Positions 18,334-27,231 of a stretch of 64,000 nt of DNA are shown here, in pieces. Source of the DNA: an uncultured Gammaproteobacteria bacterium (GTDB lineage: Bacteria; Pseudomonadota; Gammaproteobacteria; Steroidobacterales; Rariloculaceae); assembly GCA_963702105.1 (NCBI GenBank), contig OY969712.1, positions 1,796,312 through 1,860,311 of the forward strand. Direction: 5' to 3'. Every line of letters starts with the position of its first letter. The first letter of the stretch is position 1. A model generated the notes under the pieces. That model saw only the letters and a list, made by a program, of their open reading frames with translations. It did no database searches and was not told the DNA's origin. The position numbers were made by a program, and so were the translations under genes.

Positions 18334-20201
18334 TGGACCCGCGCCTGCTCAATTACTACAACCGCGAGCTCCAGCACGTGCGGGAGATGGGCGCCGAGTT
18401 CGCGAAGGAGTTTCCGAAGATCGCCGGCCGCCTCGGCATGGACGGACTCGAGGTGGCGGATCCGTACGTCGAGCGTCTGCTCGAAGGCTTCGCGTTCCTG
18501 GCCGCCCGGGTGCAGCTCAAGATCGACGCGGAGTTTCCGCGCTTCACGCAGCATCTGCTCGAGCTCGTCTATCCGCACTACCTTTCGCCGCTGCCTTCGA
18601 TGGCCGTCGCGCGGTTCTCTCCGGTACTCACGGAGAGCGCTTTGGCCGAGGGCTTCATACTGCCGCGCCACACGGCCCTGCGGACCGTGCTCGGCAAGGG
18701 CGAGCGCACGGCCTGCGAGTACCGGACGGGCCAAGAGGCCGTCTTCTGGCCCTTGGAGCTTACGGAGGCCAAGTACTTCGGGACGGCGGGGGCGCTTGCC
18801 ACGATCGGCGTGGACCGGCTCGAGGACGTGCGCGCGGGCATTCGTTTGAGCCTGCGAACGACCGCGGGCCTCGCGTTCGATCAGCTCGCGCTCGAGCGGC
18901 TGCGCTTTTTTCTCCGTGGCACAGAAGGCCTGCCGGGGCGGCTCTACGAGCAGCTGCTCGGCAACGCGCGCCGCGTGCTGGTGCGGCCCAAGGGAGGCGC
19001 GAACGCCTGGCATGCCTACCTGCCCGGAAGCTCGATCCAGCCGGTAGGCTTCACGCCCTCGGAGTCCCTGCTGCCGTACTCGCGCCGCTCGTTCGACGGC
19101 TACCGTTGCCTGCAGGAGTATTTTGCCTTTCCACAGCGCTTCCTGTTCGCGGATTTCACGGGCCTCGCGCCGCATGTTCGCCGCTGCGCCGGGACCGAGC
19201 TCGAGATCGTCGTGCTGCTCGGCCGCCGCGACCCGGAGCTCGAGGACGTGCTCGACGCGGAGCACTTCCTTCTGAACTGCGCCCCGATCGTGAACCTATT
19301 CCCGAAGCAGGCCGATCGTATTCACCTCGGCGAGCGCGAGCACGAGTATCACGTTGTGCCGGACCGCACGCGGCCGATGGATTTCGAGGTCTGGTCGGTC
19401 GAGGAGGTTCAGGGGTTCGGCGCGAGCGCGAGGCCCGAGCAGACGTTCCTGCCGTTGTACTCGCAGCACGATTGGACGCGGGCCGACGACCAGGCCTACT
19501 ACACCGTCGCGCGCGAGCCGCGCATGATCTCCTCCGGGCAGCGCCGCCGAGGCGCGCGCTCGAGCTATGTCGGCAGCGAGCTGTACCTTGCGCTCGTGGA
19601 CCCGAACGAGGCGCCGTATCGCAGCAGCCTGAAGCAGCTCGGCGTCGCCACGCTGTGCAGCAACCGGGACCTGCCGCTGCACGTCTCCTTCGGGCAGGGC
19701 CGGACGGACTTTACGCTCGACGTGGGTGCGCCGGTCGAATCCATTCGCTGCGTGGCCGGCCCGACGCGGCCGAAGCCTTCTTTCGCCCACGGCGATACGG
19801 CCTGGAGGCTGGTCAGCCATCTGTCCTTGAACTACCTCTCGCTCGTCGATTCGGACGAGGGCGCTGCCGGGCTGCGCTCGCTGCTCATGCTGTACTGCGA
19901 CCAGAACGATCAGGCGGCGCTGCGGCAAATCGACGGGGTCAAGTCGATCCGCTCGGCGCCGGTTTCCGGCCGTATCCCGACCAGCGGGCCGATCGCATTC
20001 GGCCGTGGCGTCGAAATCTCGGTGACCTGCGACGAGACGGCTTTCGAAGGCATCGGCGCGTTCCTCTTCGGTCAAGTCCTCGAGCAGTTTTTCGCCAAGT
20101 ACGTGTCGATCAATTCGTTTACCGAGACGGTGCTGAGCTCGGTCCACCGTGGGGAAGTCATGCGATGGCGGCCGCGTCTCGGACGACAACACATACTGTA
20201 G
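18333..20201 (+). CDS. tssF: T6SS baseplate protein TssF
   Basis: MDPRLLNYYNRELQHVREMGAEFAKEFPKIAGRLG ... VERLLEGFAFLAARV. 622 aa. Confidence 0.95.
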   Translation: MDPRLLNYYNRELQHVREMGAEFAKEFPKIAGRLGMDGLEVADPYVERLLEGFAFLAARVQLKIDAEFPRFTQHLLELVYPHYLSPLPSMAVARFSPVLTESALAEGFILPRHTALRTVLGKGERTACEYRTGQEAVFWPLELTEAKYFGTAGALATIGVDRLEDVRAGIRLSLRTTAGLAFDQLALERLRFFLRGTEGLPGRLYEQLLGNARRVLVRPKGGANAWHAYLPGSSIQPVGFTPSESLLPYSRRSFDGYRCLQEYFAFPQRFLFADFTGLAPHVRRCAGTELEIVVLLGRRDPELEDVLDAEHFLLNCAPIVNLFPKQADRIHLGEREHEYHVVPDRTRPMDFEVWSVEEVQGFGASARPEQTFLPLYSQHDWTRADDQAYYTVAREPRMISSGQRRRGARSSYVGSELYLALVDPNEAPYRSSLKQLGVATLCSNRDLPLHVSFGQGRTDFTLDVGAPVESIRCVAGPTRPKPSFAHGDTAWRLVSHLSLNYLSLVDSDEGAAGLRSLLMLYCDQNDQAALRQIDGVKSIRSAPVSGRIPTSGPIAFGRGVEISVTCDETAFEGIGAFLFGQVLEQFFAKYVSINSFTETVLSSVHRGEVMRWRPRLGRQHIL

Positions 20202-21226
20202 AGTGGCTCACCGCCCTCGAGGCGGCGCCGCACCGCTTCGGCTTTTACGCGGCGATGCGCCGGCTCGAGTGCCTGTATGCCGAAAAGCCCCGCATCGGAA
20301 GGGCCGCGCGGCCGGCCGACGAAGCGGTGCGGCTCGGGCAGAAGCCCGCGCTCGCGTTCGCCTCCTCGACGCTCGCCGGGTACCGCCAGGGCGGTGCGGA
20401 AAGCCCGGGGCACCTCGCACAGTACTTCTTCGGCCTCTTCGGCCCGAATGGTCCGCTGCCGCTGCACCTCTCCGAGTACGCGTACGGGCGCGAGCTCAAT
20501 TACGGCGACGGTGCGTTCCGAGCGTTCGCGGACGTTTTCCATCACCGTCTGCTCGCTCTGTTTTATCGCGCCTGGGCCGACGCCCAGCCGACGGTCAGTC
20601 TCGACCGCCCCGCGAACCGGCGTTTCAACGTCTTCCTCGGCAGCCTCGTCGGCATCGCCGCGCCGGAGTTCCGGCACCGCGAAACGGTACCGCACGAGGC
20701 GAGGCTCGCGCTCGCCGGGCGCTTCGCGCTCGGCACCCGGCCCGTCGAGGGGCTCGCGGGTCTGCTCGGGGACTTCTTCGGCTTCGAGTTTCGCGTGCGC
20801 GAGTTCGCCTGCGAATGGCTGCGGCTGGCGCGCGACGACCGGCTCGTCCTCGGCGGCGGAGAAGAGGCCTCGATGCTCGGCCGCGGCACCGTGCTCGGCA
20901 GAGCCGTGTACAGCGGCGGGCACGCGTTTCAGCTCGTGTGCGGCCCGCTCGACTTCGCGCAGTTTGCGCGCCTGCTGCCGGGGCGGCCGAGCCTCGAAAG
21001 GCTGCGCGACCTCGTGCGGGCCTACGACGGCGACGAGCTCAGATGCACGCTCCGGCTCGTGTTGCGGGCCGACGAAGTGCCCGAATGCCGCCTCGGTGCG
21101 GCGGGGCCGTCCGGCATGACCGCGCGCCTCGGCTGGACGAGCTGGCTCGGCCGCCGGCGCACGCACGAGGCCGCCGACAACGTCGTCATCGATCCGGCGT
21201 GGGCGGCGACGGCCTCAGCGGGCTGA
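20165..21226 (+). CDS. tssG: T6SS baseplate protein TssG
   Basis: In-frame ATG at 20165 within track ORF 19106..21226. LEAAPHRFGFYAAMRRLEC ... YFFGLFGPNGPLPLHLSEY. Overlaps the tssF end. Confidence 0.9.
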   Translation: MAAASRTTTHTVEWLTALEAAPHRFGFYAAMRRLECLYAEKPRIGRAARPADEAVRLGQKPALAFASSTLAGYRQGGAESPGHLAQYFFGLFGPNGPLPLHLSEYAYGRELNYGDGAFRAFADVFHHRLLALFYRAWADAQPTVSLDRPANRRFNVFLGSLVGIAAPEFRHRETVPHEARLALAGRFALGTRPVEGLAGLLGDFFGFEFRVREFACEWLRLARDDRLVLGGGEEASMLGRGTVLGRAVYSGGHAFQLVCGPLDFAQFARLLPGRPSLERLRDLVRAYDGDELRCTLRLVLRADEVPECRLGAAGPSGMTARLGWTSWLGRRRTHEAADNVVIDPAWAATASAG

Positions 21227-21268
21227 GCCGGGCGAGGCGGGGATTCGGCACTCTTTGGGAGTAACGCA

Positions 21269-24055
21269 ATGGCAGAGATCAGTCGTACCGCGCTATTCGG
21301 CAAGCTGAACCCGGTCGGCTACAAAGCCATCGAGGCGGCCACCGTGTTCTGCAAGATGCGCGGCAACCCTTACGTCGAGCTCGTGCACTGGATTCATCAG
21401 ATTCTCCAACTGCAGGACTCGGACCTGCATCGCATCATCCGGCAGTTCAACGTCGAGCCCTCGCGTCTCGCGCGGGACATTACGGAAGCGCTCGACCGCC
21501 TGCCGCGGGGCTCGACGACGATCTCCGATCTCTCCTCGCACGTCGAGGAAGCGGTCGAGCGCGGCTGGATCGTCGCGACGCTGCTTTTCGGCGCCTCGCA
21601 GGTGCGCACCGGTCATCTCGTCGCGGGCATCGTGCAGAACCGCGGTCTGCGGCTCGCGCTGCTCGGTATCTCGAGGGAGTTCGACAAGGTCAAGTACGAG
21701 ACGCTGACGGACCGGTTCGACGAGATCTGCGCGGGATCGCCCGAGGCGGCGATGCGCGCCCATGACGGCTGGGAGATGGCGGGCGGCGGCGCGGCGCCGG
21801 GCGAGGCCAGCGGCGCGATGGCGCCGGCGCAGATGGGCAAGCAGGAGGCGCTGGCCCGTTATACCGTGGATCTGACCGAGCAGGCGCGGCGCGGGGAGAT
21901 GGACCCGGTCGTCGGCCGCGACGAGGAGATCCGCCAGATCGTGGACATCCTCATGCGCCGGCGCCAGAACAACCCGATCCTGACGGGCGAGGCCGGCGTC
22001 GGCAAGACGGCCGTCGTCGAAGGCTTCGCGCAGCGGATCGCGAAGGGCGACGTGCCGCCGACGCTCAAGGACGTCTCGCTGCGCGTGCTCGACGTGGGGC
22101 TGCTGCAGGCCGGCGCGAGCATGAAGGGCGAGTTCGAAAACCGGTTGCGCCAGGTCATCGACGAAGTGCAGGCCTCCGAGACGCCTATCATCCTGTTCAT
22201 AGACGAAGCCCACACGCTCGTCGGCGCCGGCGGCGCGGCCGGCACAGGCGACGCGGCCAATCTCCTGAAGCCCGCGCTCGCGCGCGGCACGCTGCGGACG
22301 GTCGCAGCGACGACCTGGGCCGAGTACAAGAAGTACATCGAGAAGGACCCGGCGCTCACGCGGCGCTTTCAGGTCGTGCAGGTGGACGAGCCTTCGGAGG
22401 AGAAGGGCATCCTCATGATGCGGGGCGTGGCCTCGAAGATGGAGCAGCACCACCGCGTGCAGATCCTCGACGAGGCGCTCGAGGCGGCGGTCAAGCTCTC
22501 GAGCCGCTACATTCCGGCGCGCCAGCTTCCCGACAAGGCGGTGAGCCTGCTCGACACGGCTTGCGCGCGCGTCGCCGTGAGCCAGCATGCGACGCCGGCC
22601 GAGGTCGAGGACAGCCGCCGGCGAATCGAGGCGCTCGAGACGGAGCTCGCGATCATCGGCCGCGAGAAGGCGATCGGCATCGACACCGCCGCCCGCGAAG
22701 CGGCGGTCGAGAGCTCGCTCGGGATCGAGCGTGGGCGCCTGGCGGAGCTCGAGGCGAACTGGGAAATGGAGCGTAAGCTCGTCGAGAAGATTCTCGCGGT
22801 GCGGGCCCGGCTGCGCGGCGACGGCGGCAAGGTCGAGGGCACCGAGAGCGAGCTCGAGGAGGCGGCGGATAGGGCCGCGGCCCAGGCGCGAGGCGCCGCG
22901 GCTGGCGACGGCGACGGCGGCAGCGGCAGCGGCGAGGCGGCCCCGCCGCCGCTCATGGAGGTCGAGCGCGAGGGCCTGCTCGAGGAGCTCAAGGCGCTGC
23001 AGGCCGAGCTCGCGACGCTGCAGGGCGAGGCCCCGTTGATCCTGCCGAGCGTGGACCAGCAGGCCGTCGCATCCGTCGTGCAGGACTGGACGGGCATTCC
23101 GGTCGGCCGCATGGTCAAGAACGAGATCGAGACCGTGCTGAACCTCGGCACGACGCTCGCGAAGCGCGTAATCGGCCAGGACCACGCGCTCGAGATGATC
23201 GCGCGCCGCGTCCGGACCTCGCGCGCGAACCTCGACAACCCCGGCAAGCCCGTCGGCGTATTCATGCTGGCCGGGCCGTCCGGCGTCGGCAAGACCGAGA
23301 CGGCGCTCGCGCTCGCCGAGATCATGTACGGCGGCGAGCAGAACGTCATCACGATCAACATGAGCGAGTTCCAGGAAGCGCACACGGTCTCGACGCTCAA
23401 AGGCGCGCCGCCCGGCTACGTCGGCTACGGCGAGGGCGGCGTCCTGACGGAGGCCGTGCGCCGCAAGCCTTACAGCGTCGTGCTGCTCGACGAGGTCGAA
23501 AAGGCCCATCCGGACGTCCACGAGATCTTCTTCCAGGTCTTCGACAAGGGGATCATGGAGGACGGGGAGGGCCGGCTCATCGATTTCAAGAACACGCTGA
23601 TTCTGCTCACCACCAACGTGGGCACGGATCTCATCATGAACATGTGCAAGGACCCGGAGCTCATGCCGGAGGCGGAGGGTATCGCCAAGGCCGTGCGCGA
23701 GCCGCTGCTCAAGGTCTTCCCCGCGGCGCTGCTCGGACGCATCGTTACGATTCCTTACTACCCGCTCACGGACGCGATGATCGACACCATTGCGCGCCTG
23801 CAGCTCGGCCGAATCGAGCGGCGCGTGCTGCAGAACCACGGCGTGCCGTTCAGCTATACCGACGAGGTGGTCGAGCTCATCCGGCGCCGCTGCACCGAGC
23901 TCGAGAGCGGCGGGCGCATGATCGACGCGATCCTGACGAACACCATGTTGCCGCGGATCAGCGAGGAGTTCCTGAATCGCATGCTGGCGGGCCAGCCGGT
24001 GCGCGGCATCGAGGTCGCCGTGGCGGACGGCCAGTTCGACTACCGGTTCGCTTGA
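21269..24055 (+). CDS. clpV: T6SS AAA+ ATPase ClpV (TssH)
   Basis: 928 aa. Two Walker A motifs (GEAGVGKTA, GPSGVGKTE) and a Clp N-domain. Confidence 0.95.
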   Translation: MAEISRTALFGKLNPVGYKAIEAATVFCKMRGNPYVELVHWIHQILQLQDSDLHRIIRQFNVEPSRLARDITEALDRLPRGSTTISDLSSHVEEAVERGWIVATLLFGASQVRTGHLVAGIVQNRGLRLALLGISREFDKVKYETLTDRFDEICAGSPEAAMRAHDGWEMAGGGAAPGEASGAMAPAQMGKQEALARYTVDLTEQARRGEMDPVVGRDEEIRQIVDILMRRRQNNPILTGEAGVGKTAVVEGFAQRIAKGDVPPTLKDVSLRVLDVGLLQAGASMKGEFENRLRQVIDEVQASETPIILFIDEAHTLVGAGGAAGTGDAANLLKPALARGTLRTVAATTWAEYKKYIEKDPALTRRFQVVQVDEPSEEKGILMMRGVASKMEQHHRVQILDEALEAAVKLSSRYIPARQLPDKAVSLLDTACARVAVSQHATPAEVEDSRRRIEALETELAIIGREKAIGIDTAAREAAVESSLGIERGRLAELEANWEMERKLVEKILAVRARLRGDGGKVEGTESELEEAADRAAAQARGAAAGDGDGGSGSGEAAPPPLMEVEREGLLEELKALQAELATLQGEAPLILPSVDQQAVASVVQDWTGIPVGRMVKNEIETVLNLGTTLAKRVIGQDHALEMIARRVRTSRANLDNPGKPVGVFMLAGPSGVGKTETALALAEIMYGGEQNVITINMSEFQEAHTVSTLKGAPPGYVGYGEGGVLTEAVRRKPYSVVLLDEVEKAHPDVHEIFFQVFDKGIMEDGEGRLIDFKNTLILLTTNVGTDLIMNMCKDPELMPEAEGIAKAVREPLLKVFPAALLGRIVTIPYYPLTDAMIDTIARLQLGRIERRVLQNHGVPFSYTDEVVELIRRRCTELESGGRMIDAILTNTMLPRISEEFLNRMLAGQPVRGIEVAVADGQFDYRFA

Positions 24056-24140
24056 TTCGGAACTGAGACGCAGTCGTTTTGCGATATGATGCAAGGACCT
24101 GGACCTTACTGCTGAGATTTTGGATGCAGGAGTTTCTCTG

Positions 24141-24428
24141 ATGGCCCGTCCTCGCATCACTGAGGTGGACTACTTCCCGTTCCAGCAGGCATTGCGCCGC
24201 GCGACCGATTCGGGGGAGCGGATCGACCCTACGCAGAAGGAGCGGTGGGGCGAGTGGGTGCGTGCGCATCGCGTCAAAGAGGCCGCATTCAAGTCCTTCG
24301 GGAAGGGCCGCTACGACGACCTCGAGCCCGTCATCATCGATACGGATGGGCCCTGGCGCGGGTATTATCTCGTCTCCAAAAGGGACGAGGCGTGCCTGAA
24401 GTGGGAGCGGGAGGACGCGGAGCCCTGA
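24141..24428 (+). CDS. Hypothetical 95-aa cytoplasmic protein between clpV and vgrG
   Basis: ATG at 24141 follows AGGAG with 8-nt spacing. No family recognised. No signal peptide or TM segment. Confidence 0.4.
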   Translation: MARPRITEVDYFPFQQALRRATDSGERIDPTQKERWGEWVRAHRVKEAAFKSFGKGRYDDLEPVIIDTDGPWRGYYLVSKRDEACLKWEREDAEP

Positions 24429-24487
24429 GCGAGCGCAATCGACGGACGATAACGATACCGATATCAATGAGAGCACGCCCCTAATCC

Positions 24488-26698
24488 ATGGCCAGCGCGC
24501 AGCCCGTCACCATCAAGACGGCCCTCCCGGCGGAAGATCTGCTGTTTCGCAGTATGAACGGCACCGAGGAGCTCGGCCGCCCGTTCATCTACGAGCTCGA
24601 GTTGCTGAGCCCGAAAGAGGACATCACGCTCGACGACGTCCTCGGCCAGGAAGCCTGCGTGACCCTGGATTTGCCGAGCGGCGGCCAGCGCTTCTTCCAC
24701 GGCTACGTGACCCATTTCGCACAGATCGGGCGGCGCGGCGACTACGCGGCCTACTCTATGCAGCTGCGTCCCTGGCTCTGGCTGCTGACGCGTACCGCAG
24801 ACTGCCGGATCTTTCAGCAGAAGACCGCGCCCGACATCATCAAGGCTGTTTTTCGGGAGCACGGCTTCTCGGATTTCAAGGACTCTTTGAACGGCTCTTA
24901 TCGGACGTGGGAATACTGCGTTCAGTACAGAGAGACGGATTTCAACTTCGTGAGCCGGCTCATGGAGCAGGAGGGGATCTACTACTACTTCACGCACGAG
25001 GACGGCAAGCACACGCTCGTGCTGTCGGACTCGTACGGCGCGCATTCGCCGCTCGAGGGCTACGCACAGATTCCGTACTACCCGCCTTCGAAGGCGGTGC
25101 GCGACGAGCACGTCTACGATTGGTACCTCGAGAAGTCCGTACGGCCCGGCAAGTATGTGCTGCGCGCCTACGACTTTCGCAAGCCTAAAGCGAATCTCGA
25201 GGTCAATTCGGTGGTCTCGCGTTCGCACGGGCAGGCGGATTACGAAGTCTTCGACTATCCAGGAGAATATTTCGAGCGCTCGGAAGGCGAGAACTACGCG
25301 CGCGCGCGCATCGAGGAGCTGCAAACGGAGTACGAGCGCGTGCGCGGCGTCTGCAACGCGCGCGGGGTGTGCACGGGCGGGCTGTTCAAGCTCACGGAGT
25401 ATCCGCGGAAGGATCAGAACCGCGAGTATCTCGTCGTCTGGAGCCGGCACACCGTTTCGCTCGGGGAGTACGAGTCCTCCGCCGGGGAGGGCCTGCAGTT
25501 CAAGTGCACATTCAACGCCATGGACAGCGGAACCCCCTACCGCGTGCCGCGGCTAACGCCCAAGCCCGTGGTGCAGGGACCGCAGACGGCGCTCGCGGTC
25601 GGGCCGTCGGGCCAGGAGATCTGGACCGACAAGTACGGGCGCGTGAAGCTGCAGTTTCACTGGGACCGCTACGGCAAGGCCGACGAGAACAGCTCCTGCT
25701 GGGTGCGCGTCGCGCAGGTGTGGGCCGGATCGAGCTGGGGCGCGATGCACATCCCGCGGATCGGGCAGGAGGTCATCGTCGATTTCATCGAGGGCGACCC
25801 GGATCGCCCCATCGTGACGGGCCGCGTCTATAACGCCGACAACATGCCGCCCTACGGCCTGCCGGACAACAAGACGCAGAGCGGGCTCAAGAGCCGCAGC
25901 TCCATGAGCGGCAACGGCGAGAACTTCAACGAGATCCGCTTCGAGGATCTCAAAGGCTCGGAGGAGATGTACATCCATGCCGAGAAGAACCAGACGATCG
26001 TCGTCGAGAACGACAAGTCCGAATCCGTAGGGCACGACAACACCGAGTCCGTCAAGAACAACGAGAAGATCGACGTCGGCGTGGATCAGACGGTCACTAT
26101 CGGCAACGACCAGTCGACGAAGGTCGGGAACAACCAGAAGCTCGACGTCGGCGTGAACCGCACGAAGTCGGTCGGTGCGAACGAGACGATCACGGTCGGG
26201 GCGAACCGCAGCAGTTCCGTCGGCGGCAACGAATCGGCGACGGTCGCGAACCAACGTACGCACAACGTCGGCATCAACGAGTCGATCAACGTCGGCGCGG
26301 CCCAGGAAATATCGGTCGGCGGGCTGCAGTCGCTGACGGTCGGCGCCGTGCAGACGATCAGCGTCGGCGCGAATCAATCGACGAGCGTCGGCGGAGCCCA
26401 AAGCCTCGAGGTTTCCGGCGCGAGGTCGATCAGCGTCGGCGCGGATCAGAGCACGAGCGTCAGCGGCGGGCGAACCGCCGAAATCGGCAGCGACGATTCC
26501 ATCAAGGCGGGGAAGAACTTCACTCTCGAGGCCGGCGACTCGATCACGATCAAGACCGGCAGCGCGAGCATCTCAATGAAGGAGGATGGCACGATCGAGA
26601 TCAAGGGGAAAAACATCTCGATCGACGGCAGCGGAAAGATCAACGTCAAGGCGTCCGACGACGTTACCGTCAAAGGTTCCAAGATCCATCAGAACTGA
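24488..26698 (+). CDS. vgrG: T6SS spike protein VgrG (TssI)
   Basis: 736 aa. gp27/gp5 modules: WVRVAQVWAGSSWGAMHIPRIGQEVIVDFIEGDPDRPIVTGRVYN. C-terminal beta-helix repeats. No extra toxin domain. Confidence 0.95.
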   Translation: MASAQPVTIKTALPAEDLLFRSMNGTEELGRPFIYELELLSPKEDITLDDVLGQEACVTLDLPSGGQRFFHGYVTHFAQIGRRGDYAAYSMQLRPWLWLLTRTADCRIFQQKTAPDIIKAVFREHGFSDFKDSLNGSYRTWEYCVQYRETDFNFVSRLMEQEGIYYYFTHEDGKHTLVLSDSYGAHSPLEGYAQIPYYPPSKAVRDEHVYDWYLEKSVRPGKYVLRAYDFRKPKANLEVNSVVSRSHGQADYEVFDYPGEYFERSEGENYARARIEELQTEYERVRGVCNARGVCTGGLFKLTEYPRKDQNREYLVVWSRHTVSLGEYESSAGEGLQFKCTFNAMDSGTPYRVPRLTPKPVVQGPQTALAVGPSGQEIWTDKYGRVKLQFHWDRYGKADENSSCWVRVAQVWAGSSWGAMHIPRIGQEVIVDFIEGDPDRPIVTGRVYNADNMPPYGLPDNKTQSGLKSRSSMSGNGENFNEIRFEDLKGSEEMYIHAEKNQTIVVENDKSESVGHDNTESVKNNEKIDVGVDQTVTIGNDQSTKVGNNQKLDVGVNRTKSVGANETITVGANRSSSVGGNESATVANQRTHNVGINESINVGAAQEISVGGLQSLTVGAVQTISVGANQSTSVGGAQSLEVSGARSISVGADQSTSVSGGRTAEIGSDDSIKAGKNFTLEAGDSITIKTGSASISMKEDGTIEIKGKNISIDGSGKINVKASDDVTVKGSKIHQN
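26066..26490 (+). repeat. Coding periodic repeat (VgrG gp5-C beta-helix, about 8-residue period)
   Basis: VGVDQTVTIGNDQSTKVGNNQKLDVGVNRTKSVGANETITVGANRSSSVGGNES... This is a protein-level periodicity inside vgrG, not a CRISPR or a mobile repeat. Confidence 0.8.
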
Positions 26699-26719
26699 AT
26701 CCTACGAAGGACGACTCCG

Positions 26720-27199
26720 ATGAGCGCACAAAAGACGGAACTCGTTAGTTCGACTGATGGTCCCGACGCCTCCATCGCCAATGGAGTCACGGGGACCCTC
26801 GTTGGCTTCACGGCCGATTCATCCGTTCCGTTGGTCACCTTCAGTGGGCAATTCGGGACGGCGGCCGTCGCTGCCCGCTCCACCGTCGACCTTTTCGGCG
26901 GGCACATAGGTCGGGAAGTCCTTTTGGTGTGCGAGCGTGGGGATCCGCGTTTACCGATCGTGGTGGGCGTCCTTGGCGGAACCGTGTCCGCGGGGATGCC
27001 GGAGATACCTCCGCACGTAGAGCTCGACGCGGATGGCGCTCGACTTGTCGTCAAAGCATCCGAGCAAATCGTGCTCAGATGCGGGAAGGCTAGCATCACC
27101 CTGACGAAGGCCGGGAAGGTGCTTCTTGAGGGAACATACGTCCTAAGCCGTTCCTCGGGGGTTAATCGCATTAGGGGCGGCTCCGTCCAGATCAATTAG
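26720..27199 (+). CDS. Small VgrG-tip-like OB/beta-prism protein (recalls PA0096-type / DUF6484-like proteins)
   Basis: 159 aa. The middle REVLLVCERGDPRLPIVVGVL resembles the gp5 OB motif (compare EVIVDFIEGDPDRPIVTGRV in the VgrG here). The tail CGKASITLTKAGKVLLEGTYVLSRSSGVNRIRGGSVQIN parallels the VgrG tail GSASISMKEDGTIEIKGKNISIDGSGKINVKA..KGSKIHQN. Confidence 0.55.
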   Translation: MSAQKTELVSSTDGPDASIANGVTGTLVGFTADSSVPLVTFSGQFGTAAVAARSTVDLFGGHIGREVLLVCERGDPRLPIVVGVLGGTVSAGMPEIPPHVELDADGARLVVKASEQIVLRCGKASITLTKAGKVLLEGTYVLSRSSGVNRIRGGSVQIN

Positions 27200-27231
27200 T
27201 ATGAGTTCTGGAATCGGATCGAGAGGGAGAC

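Noticed and set aside
21293-24160. 955-aa ORF on the minus strand
   Set aside because: It is exactly antisense to clpV, which has unmistakable AAA+ motifs. Its translation is Arg/Ala/Gly-rich low-complexity sequence typical of antisense frames in high-GC DNA.
26066-26490. Periodic repeat that might look like a repeat array
   Set aside because: It is the 8-residue beta-helix periodicity of the VgrG gp5-C region, entirely coding. There are no spacer/repeat architecture, leader or cas genes.
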